Both the position numbers and the translations under genes were made by a program. From Promethearchaeati archaeon (GTDB lineage Archaea; Asgardarchaeota; Heimdallarchaeia; JABLTI01), in contig JABLTI010000083.1 in NCBI GenBank assembly GCA_013166835.1, forward strand, positions 1-11,954: a DNA stretch of 11,954 nt. Direction: 5' to 3'. The notes beneath the pieces are model-generated. The model was given only the letters and a program-made list of their open reading frames with translations, did no database searches and was not told the DNA's origin. This document shows positions 1 through 7,776 of the stretch, piece by piece (the stretch's first letter is position 1; the number at the start of each line of letters is the position of its first letter).

Positions 1-1683
1 TTGTAACATAACATCGGGATTCTTTGTTTGTTTTGTCGCATCTAGTAAAAAGAGAATCTTTACTTTCCTTAGCTTTCTGATTTTTATTATATCAGAGAAA
101 TAGTCTTTCAAAGCTTGATCAGGATTAGGTGAATCTTTTGGATTAATCACAATGATATAACCATCAGTAATTTTCTTGAGATATGCTAAGATATTCACAT
201 TAGGTTCTAATAGGGTCCGTGAATTCAGGTTTAGGAATTTGATATTTCTTTTGAAAAGTGAATTATCTCTCTCAGGATTAAATGTATACGTCTGAGAGAT
301 TTTCGGATTAATATCTGACGGTTCTTTTGTGTTAGTTTTTGAATACTCCTTGAAATAGGTATCAAGTATTCTTCCATATCCTGCTTCTTGTAAGTGTAAA
401 GCATTTAGTGTGAACAAGAGCATTTTATTTGAATTATCAGTTCCTAGTATTGCAATATTTCTAAAGTTGCGTTTCTTCGTTGCCCAGATAATTGAAAGTA
501 GTATTACTAAAAAGGCGTACAAGGCAGGTATTAGCTTCAAGAAAGCTACTAATTCTAAATTCAATAAATCTAGCAAATCCCAGAAATTCACGAAAATAAT
601 CAATACAGCTAATAAACTAAAGAGAAGCAATGTTTGCAAAAGTATTTTCCAATTACTCAATGGAAGATTTATTCTAGTATTCATTGCATTTCTTAGTGTT
701 CCAAAAGACCAAAAGGTTGCTTTTTTCTTCTTCTTTATAGGATATACTATATCTACTTTGGAAATTGGAATGACTTTGAAAGTATCTTTCTTAAACAAAA
801 CTTCCCCACCTGATGATTGCAACTCATCGAAGAGATGATCTCTCGCAACTAAGCTCTCACCAATTTTGTCTCTCATTTGCTTGTTCAAAAAACCAAAAGA
901 ATCTTTCACGTTCTCCTTTGTAAGGACATTGAAATCCAGATCGAATTCATCTTTTTTTCTGATTGTTTTGTAGAGTCTATGGATTTTCCCTGGAAATGGA
1001 TCGACCACATCTTCTTCTATATATTGATAAACATAAGTGTAAACATCCATGTCAAAGAAAACAAGGCTACCATCTCCATCGCATTTTGGACAAGTTATTA
1101 GACCAGTTCCATAACATAAGGGACAAGTTACTTTGCCATCACCATCACACTCGGAGCAATTCCCACTAAAACACGATGAACAATCAACTTCACCAGATCC
1201 ACCACACCAGGTGCAATCATCATCCATAATGCAAGAACAACTCTCTTCCCCACTACCCCCACAGGATGTACAATTACCATCTCCGCCACATTCTGGGCAA
1301 GTTACCTGTGTTTCTCCTGAGCATTCTGTACAAGTAACATTTAGAGTCCCATCGCATCTATTGCAGATTTTATCTCCAATTGTTCTTCTCAAGGGAAAAT
1401 TTTGGACTTGATTTCTAAATTTGGTAGGACGAATTGGTTTTGCTTCATCGTAGAATCTTATTTTTGACATATGAGACCGGGGTCTCTCAACAAATACCCT
1501 TTCATAAAATTCGCTTTCAGCATCAACACGGATAATTAATCCAATTAAATCATCCACATTTTTGATAGCAATATCCTTCACTAAATTGTGTCTATGAAAT
1601 AATCGTGATTTCAGAGAATTGCTAAGATTAGTTTCTGCCAAATAAAATTGAAGAATACTATCGTTAGTTAACTCTTCAGTCAT
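1..1683 (-). CDS. Partial (C-terminus beyond left edge) multi-domain membrane protein: DnaJ/SSUH2-like CxxC zinc-finger array + 2 TM helices + degenerate P-loop GTPase-like domain
   Basis: Manual translation from ATG (cat at 1681-1683) gives 561 codons with no stop down to position 1 (MTEELTNDSILQFYLAETNLSNSLKSRLFHRHNL...KILFLLDATKQTKNPDVMLQ). It is preceded by GGTGAGAAGGAAGTAAA (archaeal SD-like). It has 9 CxxC + 1 CxC motifs at aa107-201, hydrophobic segments at aa~346-368 and ~378-401, and NIAILGTDNSNKM at aa409-421. Confidence 0.92.
   Translation of the reverse strand, partial: MTEELTNDSILQFYLAETNLSNSLKSRLFHRHNLVKDIAIKNVDDLIGLIIRVDAESEFYERVFVERPRSHMSKIRFYDEAKPIRPTKFRNQVQNFPLRRTIGDKICNRCDGTLNVTCTECSGETQVTCPECGGDGNCTSCGGSGEESCSCIMDDDCTWCGGSGEVDCSSCFSGNCSECDGDGKVTCPLCYGTGLITCPKCDGDGSLVFFDMDVYTYVYQYIEEDVVDPFPGKIHRLYKTIRKKDEFDLDFNVLTKENVKDSFGFLNKQMRDKIGESLVARDHLFDELQSSGGEVLFKKDTFKVIPISKVDIVYPIKKKKKATFWSFGTLRNAMNTRINLPLSNWKILLQTLLLFSLLAVLIIFVNFWDLLDLLNLELVAFLKLIPALYAFLVILLSIIWATKKRNFRNIAILGTDNSNKMLLFTLNALHLQEAGYGRILDTYFKEYSKTNTKEPSDINPKISQTYTFNPERDNSLFKRNIKFLNLNSRTLLEPNVNILAYLKKITDGYIIVINPKDSPNPDQALKDYFSDIIKIRKLRKVKILFLLDATKQTKNPDVMLQ
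1069..1365 (-). repeat. Protein-level tandem CxxCxGxG zinc-finger repeats (10 units)
   Basis: CNRCDG, CTECSG, CPECGGDG, CTSCGGSG, CSC, CTWCGGSG, CSSCFSG, CSECDGDG, CPLCYGTG, CPKCDGDG, all read in frame on the minus strand. Confidence 0.9.
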
Positions 1684-1883
1684 TTTACTTCCTTCTCACC
1701 ATTATTGATTAAATCTTATAACAAATACAATACAAGATATGATTTAATAATTGATTGTTGAAAAAAATTGTTTTTTCTCAATTTTTAAATCCCAAATCCT
1801 ACAGTGAGTTGATAATCCTCAAATGGTAGTTTTGTGTTCTGCTTTTTAAACCTATAGAAATCAAAATCCTCTTACCAAGATAA

Positions 1884-1897
1884 TTAATCTTTTAATC
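1884..1897 (+). promoter_or_regulatory. Putative archaeal TATA box for the 1940 gene
   Basis: TTTTAATC at 1890-1897, about 43 nt before the TTG. Similar elements lie at a similar distance before the other + strand genes. Confidence 0.35.
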
Positions 1898-1939
1898 TAA
1901 AAATGAATTAGTTACTTATAGTTCCGCAGAGGGAATAAA

Positions 1940-2998
1940 TTGACTGATCAGAAAAGCAAATCAAAGGAATTCAAAAAATTCGAGTTTTATTTCTTTCGAG
2001 ATGTTGATTTAACAAAGGATTTGTTTGTTATACTTGATCCCTCTACAATTGATGATTTAAACGAAGAAGAGAAAATCTTAGCAGAAAATATGCTAATTGA
2101 AGCACTGGAATCCAGGATAGATAAACGTTGGCTTTTTGGGTTAGAAGAAATTGAGTCAGATAAAGCGTATGAATTCTTGTGGAAGCTGTTTAATCGAGAA
2201 AAAAACACCTACGATAAATGTCGAATAGCATTTTCTCTTGTAAGAATAGATGCTGGAGCTCAAGTACTGGACTATTTATTTGAGGTAATAAAATCAGAAG
2301 AAAATGAGCAAGTCAAAGAAAAAGCTCTAAGCCCATTATATTGGAACAAGGAAATCCGCTACGAAAATGAAGAACTAAATGAATTATACCTGACAATTCT
2401 TCATACGGCCATGCTAGATAATTATGAGAGAATCCGTTCTTATGCTTATTCCATTTTAGTGGAATATTATAATATGGGACAGTTTCTTCCATCGAATGAC
2501 CCATATAAGAGTATCTTCTCTGAACTTCGACCAAAGGAGGATTATCAAGAAGCAATTCAACAATTCCAAGAATTAGTTGATTCCAAACAAGAGTTTCCAT
2601 TCTCTAGGAAATTAGTTCATCAATCGATAAAGGAATTACCTGATAATCCACCAACAATTAATCTCAAAGATTGTGAGATTTGTAGTCAAATACCGGACAA
2701 AAGCTATGCAGATATAACTGATGGAAAATCATTGGACAATTATACTTCAAAACTAGAAACGGTTATCATAATTGCTTATTATAATGACTGTATTAAGCGC
2801 TGTCCTATTTGTGGAAGATTGTATGTATATGATTATCATTACGAGTATTTTGTCAATAGTCAAAGTGAGGAAGAAGAGGAGCTAATAAGAACTGATACGA
2901 AGGGAGCGATTGCTAAGATTGATAAATTTATCAAGCAAGGTTATGAATTTAAGAAGATCACTAAATGTGGCATTTTTTTGAAAATCAATTATAGATAG
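1940..2998 (+). CDS. Hypothetical protein: N-terminal HEAT/PBS-lyase-like helical repeats plus C-terminal CxxC...CxxC zinc-binding domain
   Basis: 352-aa ORF with TTG start after GAGGGA. Amphipathic helical repeats (AYEFLWKLFNREK..DKCRIAFSLVRI; VLDYLFEVIKSEENEQVKEKALSPL; LHTAMLDNYERIRSYAYSIL). CEIC at aa245-248 and CPICG at aa288-292. Confidence 0.8.
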   Translation: MTDQKSKSKEFKKFEFYFFRDVDLTKDLFVILDPSTIDDLNEEEKILAENMLIEALESRIDKRWLFGLEEIESDKAYEFLWKLFNREKNTYDKCRIAFSLVRIDAGAQVLDYLFEVIKSEENEQVKEKALSPLYWNKEIRYENEELNELYLTILHTAMLDNYERIRSYAYSILVEYYNMGQFLPSNDPYKSIFSELRPKEDYQEAIQQFQELVDSKQEFPFSRKLVHQSIKELPDNPPTINLKDCEICSQIPDKSYADITDGKSLDNYTSKLETVIIIAYYNDCIKRCPICGRLYVYDYHYEYFVNSQSEEEEELIRTDTKGAIAKIDKFIKQGYEFKKITKCGIFLKINYR

Positions 2999-3000
2999 AT

Positions 3001-3032
3001 TTACTTCTTTTTTTTAGTTTTTTTCCTCTTTT
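3001..3032 (+). terminator. Oligo-T tract, probable archaeal terminator
   Basis: Several T runs (ttacttcttttttttagtttttttcctctttt) directly after the TAG stop at 2998. Confidence 0.5.
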
Positions 3033-3040
3033 GTCAAGTT

Positions 3041-3055
3041 AAGAATCTTTATTAG
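3041..3055 (+). promoter_or_regulatory. Putative BRE-TATA promoter of the metalloprotease gene
   Basis: AAGAATC-TTTATTAG about 50 nt upstream of ATG 3105. GGAGGA RBS at 3093-3098. Confidence 0.4.
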
Positions 3056-3104
3056 GAATCACTAGATTTCTTTAGTATTATATTTATAAATTGGAGGATA
3101 AAAG

Positions 3105-5615
3105 ATGGGTAAATCTTTACCGAAAATTATAATGATTATAGCACTGATTTTTAGTAGTTTTTTAATGTTTAATACTGTGAGTTATACAACTTCTGCTAAT
3201 AATACCGATCAAGAAATAAGTTTTAGCAGTCCCAACAAAATAATAGACAATGAATTGGTTATGACAGATTTCCAGGTTACACCTTACGAGAAATTTCTTG
3301 GATCAGAAGCTGCGAGAACAGGACCTCAAAGCTACGCTGTGATTCTATGTCATTTTTCCGATTATGGACAAAGATGGACACAACCTGAACATGAGGACAT
3401 AATGCAGACAATTGACGATTACTGGGTAAATGCTACTTATGGATTAATGTCGATTGATTGGGTAGTTGAAGGATGGTATGATTTAGGACACAATCTGGCA
3501 CATTACGGGCATCTTAATGCTTGGAATTCTTTAGTGTTTGACATAAATTGGCATAATCTCGTAGATGATGCTGTAGATTTAGCTGATGGAGATATCAACT
3601 TCGCAAACTATGATAATCTCATTATCATTCTTGGTGACATTTGGTGGCGTGGAGTAAGTACGCTTGGTACCCAGGTCAATATAGATACAGATGAAGGAAA
3701 TTTCAATAAAGAAGCGACAGTAGTTGGTGAACAAGATACAGACCCAATTGAAGTAGTATGGGGTCGAATAGCTCATGAAATGGGTCACTGTTTTCTCTTG
3801 AGACACACTCATGGTTCAGGAGGAACTCAGAAGAATTATGCTAGTTATTACAGTTTAATGGCTCGAGCATACCCATCTGCTTGTAATGTCTACACTCAGC
3901 TCATCGATGATTATGCAGGTTGGTTTGATGTAGCTAATAATCAAGTTGAAATTGCTGGTGGAGGAGGAGGAACCTATCATGTTAGACCTCGGCATCTGGA
4001 TATTACTGGTGATATACAAGCTTTGAAAGTTTCAATTTCATCCACAAAATATTATCGTGTTGAAGTATGCGAACAAGAATCAGAAGATGCTTGGTTACCT
4101 GATGAAGGAGTGCTTATTTACCTCGTTGATGAAGGAGCAAATGATAATGATGAGTGTACAGATGAGGATAGTACACCAGGTTCAGATCCTGATGCAGTTG
4201 ATGATTTACTAGATTGTTTGTATGATGTCGGTCAAACATTCACTGATACTGGAAATGGTATTACTATTTCTATGGATAGTTTTTCCTTTGATGGATATGA
4301 CATTACTGTGACAAATGCTGCAGGAGGAACTCCTGATTTAATGATAAATGAATGGGGTAATCCCCCTGGTTCTCCCGGACCATATGAATCAATAGATATC
4401 CACATTGATAGTCCAGTGAATGGATGGAATTGGTATAGACATAATGATGGTAATGGTAACAACCCAGTAGGAAATGGTGATGATCCACTTCTAAATCATG
4501 CGAATAGGCTTCATGCGAAAATCAATAATATTGGTGATGCTGATGCTAGTGGTGTGATTGTAAGATTTTATGAGAACACCCCTATTGGTGCTGGTGCAAG
4601 TGGTTCCTGGAGTCTAATTGATACCGTAACAGGTCTTACAGTAGTTAAAGGAACAACACAAGATATTTATGTTGACTGGACCCCTACCCATTCTGTCTCA
4701 CCAACAGATTCCGGAATTATGGATATGCACTCTTGTGTAAAAGTCGTTATTGAGGATCACATATTAGAAGACAATACCGGAAACAATGACGCTCAAGAAA
4801 ACATTGATTTCTTTGAAGTTGTATCAGGTTCCCCACTGCCAGGTTACATGAATGCTGAAGCTTCCTATGGTTCTGTAAGCAAAGAATTCACTATTGTAAA
4901 CCCTTGGAAAGAAGCAAAAGAAATCCATATCAATGTTCTCGGCGTTACAAACGATTGGATAGTAACTGGAAACGGTATAGGTGAGTTCCATAATTTTTCA
5001 GCAAATGAAGCAAAAGTATTCAATATAGTAATAACACCTGGTCCAGACGCTCGAATTACCGATACAGTGCAAGCAGACCTCGTAGCATCAACGAATGTTA
5101 TTTACGATGAGGGTGACGAAACTTTTGTGGGAGATATGCATCTCACGCCATTTGGAGGAGTAACACTTACTGCAACTATTATGTATCGAAGTAGTCTGAA
5201 TATTGATGCAACAATCAGAGATGAAAATTTCTTTACAATCATCGGGGAACTTAGTTTCTTAGAAGACGTACCACAGCAACATTTACCTCAAGCCGAAGGA
5301 GATCGCACAGTCTATATTATAGTTGAGGAAGTTAATACTGGTGAAAAAACTCCTACTACAGTTGTATCAGATCCATATGGTGATTTTCAGCTAGAAGTCA
5401 GCGGTAAGTCAGGTCTATTTGCAATCAATGTTTACTATGCAGGCACTGGATATGTTACCAGTAGTGCATCAGTGACTCTTATGGTGGACTTAAACGCAAG
5501 CTCAGTTTGGACAAGTACCAGATCCGGTTTATTCCCAGGATTTACTTTCTATCTCACGCTAAGCGGAATGGTCTCTATGTGTGTAATCGTTATTCTAAAA
5601 CGCAAGAGAAAATAA
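3105..5615 (+). CDS. Secreted, C-terminally anchored zinc metalloprotease (M6/immune inhibitor A-like domain + CARDB/Ig-like domains + PGF-TM-basic tail)
   Basis: N-terminal signal peptide. M6-type motifs: VILCHFSD, YWVNATYG, HEMGHCFLLRH (aa224-234), Met-turn YSLMA, YYRVEV...DAWLPDEGVLIYLVDE. CARDB-like segment NRLHAKINNIGDADASGVIVRFY...NNDAQENI. C-terminus FPGF + hydrophobic helix + KRKRK. Confidence 0.88.
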   Translation: MGKSLPKIIMIIALIFSSFLMFNTVSYTTSANNTDQEISFSSPNKIIDNELVMTDFQVTPYEKFLGSEAARTGPQSYAVILCHFSDYGQRWTQPEHEDIMQTIDDYWVNATYGLMSIDWVVEGWYDLGHNLAHYGHLNAWNSLVFDINWHNLVDDAVDLADGDINFANYDNLIIILGDIWWRGVSTLGTQVNIDTDEGNFNKEATVVGEQDTDPIEVVWGRIAHEMGHCFLLRHTHGSGGTQKNYASYYSLMARAYPSACNVYTQLIDDYAGWFDVANNQVEIAGGGGGTYHVRPRHLDITGDIQALKVSISSTKYYRVEVCEQESEDAWLPDEGVLIYLVDEGANDNDECTDEDSTPGSDPDAVDDLLDCLYDVGQTFTDTGNGITISMDSFSFDGYDITVTNAAGGTPDLMINEWGNPPGSPGPYESIDIHIDSPVNGWNWYRHNDGNGNNPVGNGDDPLLNHANRLHAKINNIGDADASGVIVRFYENTPIGAGASGSWSLIDTVTGLTVVKGTTQDIYVDWTPTHSVSPTDSGIMDMHSCVKVVIEDHILEDNTGNNDAQENIDFFEVVSGSPLPGYMNAEASYGSVSKEFTIVNPWKEAKEIHINVLGVTNDWIVTGNGIGEFHNFSANEAKVFNIVITPGPDARITDTVQADLVASTNVIYDEGDETFVGDMHLTPFGGVTLTATIMYRSSLNIDATIRDENFFTIIGELSFLEDVPQQHLPQAEGDRTVYIIVEEVNTGEKTPTTVVSDPYGDFQLEVSGKSGLFAINVYYAGTGYVTSSASVTLMVDLNASSVWTSTRSGLFPGFTFYLTLSGMVSMCVIVILKRKRK

Positions 5616-5625
5616 TCTCTTAATT

Positions 5626-5671
5626 GTAAGTAAAGGAGTATTCCTTTCTTACTTTTCATTTATTTTTTTTT
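5626..5671 (+). terminator. Hairpin plus oligo-T putative terminator
   Basis: gtaag(t)aaagga-gtat-tcctttcttac bulged stem, followed by TTTT and a T9 run (5663-5671), just after the stop at 5615. Confidence 0.55.
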
Positions 5672-5700
5672 AAGCAGTTATCAATTCGCTGATTTGAGGT

Positions 5701-5715
5701 TAAAAGATTTTTATC
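5701..5715 (+). promoter_or_regulatory. Putative BRE-TATA promoter of the clostripain-family gene
   Basis: TAAAAGA-TTTTTATC about 31 nt before GTG 5746. GGGAG RBS-like sequence just upstream of the start. Confidence 0.45.
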
Positions 5716-5745
5716 TTAAGAGGTGATAGTATAATAGGGAGTACG

Positions 5746-7755
5746 GTGAAGAAAAAACAGATATTGAAATTTAGTGTCTTAGTATTATTTATTCTATTTA
5801 GTAATTTACAAATTATCTCAAAGAATGAAAACCATTCAAATACAACAACTAGCACCAGTCCTGTGACTAAAATCACACCTAATAATGGACCTGCAGATTG
5901 GTTATTGATGTTTTACTTAGATGGTGATCATCAATATGAGCATGCTATTATTGATGCTTTAAATGAATTAGAAGTAGGTTATATATTAACGGGAGAAGTT
6001 GAAGTACTCATAATGGTTGATCGTCATAATGAATATGACAAATCAGCTAGTAATTGGAATGGAACGAGATACTATCGACTTCTACCTGATAGTGATCCTA
6101 TGATTATAGGTTCTGAGTTGCTTCTAGATTTAGGGGAAGTTAATATGGGCGACGGAGCAACATTAAGGAATTTCGTAGTTTGGGCCCAAGGATTAGCTTC
6201 AGCAGAAAAACAAGCATTAATTATACTTGATCATGGTGAAGGATTAACTGGTATTAGTTGGGATTTTACTTCAGATCGTGACTACATAACTCCCAATGAA
6301 TTACAAGAAGCCATGAATGGCTTGCATGTTGATTTACTTGTCACAGAGGCATGTAGAATGGGTTACGTAGAAGTCGCTTATGAGTGGCGAACGTTTACAG
6401 ATTATATTGCCTTTTCTCAAAATACTATGTTAATCGAATCACTTGATTATGATGCAGTGATCAGTGAATTATGTTTAGACCCAACTATCATGCCTTGGGA
6501 GCTAGGTGAAATTTTCGGAACTACCTATTTGGGATTATATGCTTACTGTACTTTCCAAACATTTTCAGTAATTAATTGTACATTGTTAGCATCCCTTGTT
6601 GAAGCTCTCTCAAATCTTAGTTTAGAATTAATTGATATGCTCCCAGGAGATATCTTGAACTTGTCAGCAATACGTTATGAATCAGATGAATTCTCATTAA
6701 GATCAGTTGATATTGGAACGATGATAGAAGTTTTCCAAGTAGAATTTCAAGATAATTTAGTTGTCAAAAACATATTAGATGAATTTGAAACAATTTATGA
6801 AGAAGCTATTTTGTATAATTTTAATTCCCCTTATTCACTGAATAAAACAGGCATGAGTTTGTTTTTCCCAATAGATAATAGAACAATTTCTCCTTGGGAA
6901 CAATATGTTAATTATACTCATCCAGGAGACTTAACAAACCTAGATTTCCTCAATGATACCTCTTGGGATGAATTCTTAATTGAATATGAATCTCATGCTC
7001 CATTCATACCTCTTGAATCTCAACCGACTCAATGGTTATCTTTTAACAGGGATTATCATCTAGAACTCACTGGAAAAGCAGCCAAAATATTCATTCTCAC
7101 AGTTGATATGCCAGCAATCTATAATTTCACACTTACAGTTATTAGTGGTGACATGGGTTTCTCACTGAAAAACTATCTTGGTGATTCTGTGTTTAAGTCG
7201 GATTATATGTACGCAGATCTTGTCAATCCAGAACAAGGAAATACGGAACAAATTATTCACTTTCTGAAACCTGGAATTAGTTTTGTTTTTATAAATTCTT
7301 TAGGAAATGCTTCAGGGATTTTTCATGCAACACTAACAAGAACAACTGAGATTTTGTATGACCAAGTTGTGAGTGGAGATTTCTTACCAGCTGATGGTTT
7401 AAATCCTCCAAGTGCTGTTGCCCATTATTACTCAATTTATTTAGATCCAGGGACATATGATATTGTGGTAAATACATCTTGGCCAGTGGGATTAGAAGTA
7501 GAAATTATTAATCACCGTAATTACTATATTGTTAATCATCGTTACGGAATTCCTGGAGCTAATTTCAGTTATCAGCATGAAATGTGGGAAAAGAGGTTTC
7601 TTGTAATTGGTATTGGTTCTTATACTGGTACAGGTTCATTTAGTCTAATAATTGTGGGGCATGCAGTAGCTATACCAAAATTAACATTTATTGTAGTTCC
7701 TTTTGTACTTCTTGTGTTAATAACCATAAGGTTTCGAAGAAAATATAACAAATGA
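5746..7755 (+). CDS. Clostripain-family (C11) cysteine peptidase, secreted and membrane-anchored, with C-terminal beta-sandwich (PPC-like) domains
   Basis: Signal peptide. C11 motifs WLLMFYLDGD, GEVNMGDGATL, LIILDHGEG (His163), DLLVTEACRMGYVEVAYE (Cys203), GMSLFFP, WDEFL. Beta-rich region with YYSIYLDPGTYDIVV. C-terminal TM + RFRRK. Confidence 0.88.
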   Translation: MKKKQILKFSVLVLFILFSNLQIISKNENHSNTTTSTSPVTKITPNNGPADWLLMFYLDGDHQYEHAIIDALNELEVGYILTGEVEVLIMVDRHNEYDKSASNWNGTRYYRLLPDSDPMIIGSELLLDLGEVNMGDGATLRNFVVWAQGLASAEKQALIILDHGEGLTGISWDFTSDRDYITPNELQEAMNGLHVDLLVTEACRMGYVEVAYEWRTFTDYIAFSQNTMLIESLDYDAVISELCLDPTIMPWELGEIFGTTYLGLYAYCTFQTFSVINCTLLASLVEALSNLSLELIDMLPGDILNLSAIRYESDEFSLRSVDIGTMIEVFQVEFQDNLVVKNILDEFETIYEEAILYNFNSPYSLNKTGMSLFFPIDNRTISPWEQYVNYTHPGDLTNLDFLNDTSWDEFLIEYESHAPFIPLESQPTQWLSFNRDYHLELTGKAAKIFILTVDMPAIYNFTLTVISGDMGFSLKNYLGDSVFKSDYMYADLVNPEQGNTEQIIHFLKPGISFVFINSLGNASGIFHATLTRTTEILYDQVVSGDFLPADGLNPPSAVAHYYSIYLDPGTYDIVVNTSWPVGLEVEIINHRNYYIVNHRYGIPGANFSYQHEMWEKRFLVIGIGSYTGTGSFSLIIVGHAVAIPKLTFIVVPFVLLVLITIRFRRKYNK

Positions 7756-7776
7756 TAGATTTTGTCTATGAAGAGT

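Noticed and set aside
1069-1365. Possible dnaJ gene or multiheme cytochrome
   Set aside because: No J-domain, HPD motif or G/F-rich region precedes the repeats, and there are no CxxCH heme-binding motifs.
410-1411. Plus-strand ORFs 410..838, 877..1101, 963..1169 and 1133..1411 (including a Pro/Ser/Gln-rich one and a His-rich one)
   Set aside because: They are antisense shadows of the long minus-strand CDS 1683..<1. The Pro/His/Gln richness simply mirrors its Gly/Cys/Asp codons.
1473-1486. GAGACC-GG-GGTCTC palindrome (back-to-back BsaI sites, reminiscent of a cloning scar)
   Set aside because: It lies in frame within the CDS (ERPRSH) with no other sign of synthetic DNA. A single 6-bp inverted repeat is expected by chance.
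1760-1777. A-run/T-run inverted repeat in the divergent intergenic region
   Set aside because: Low-complexity homopolymer pairing in AT-rich DNA, so not informative.
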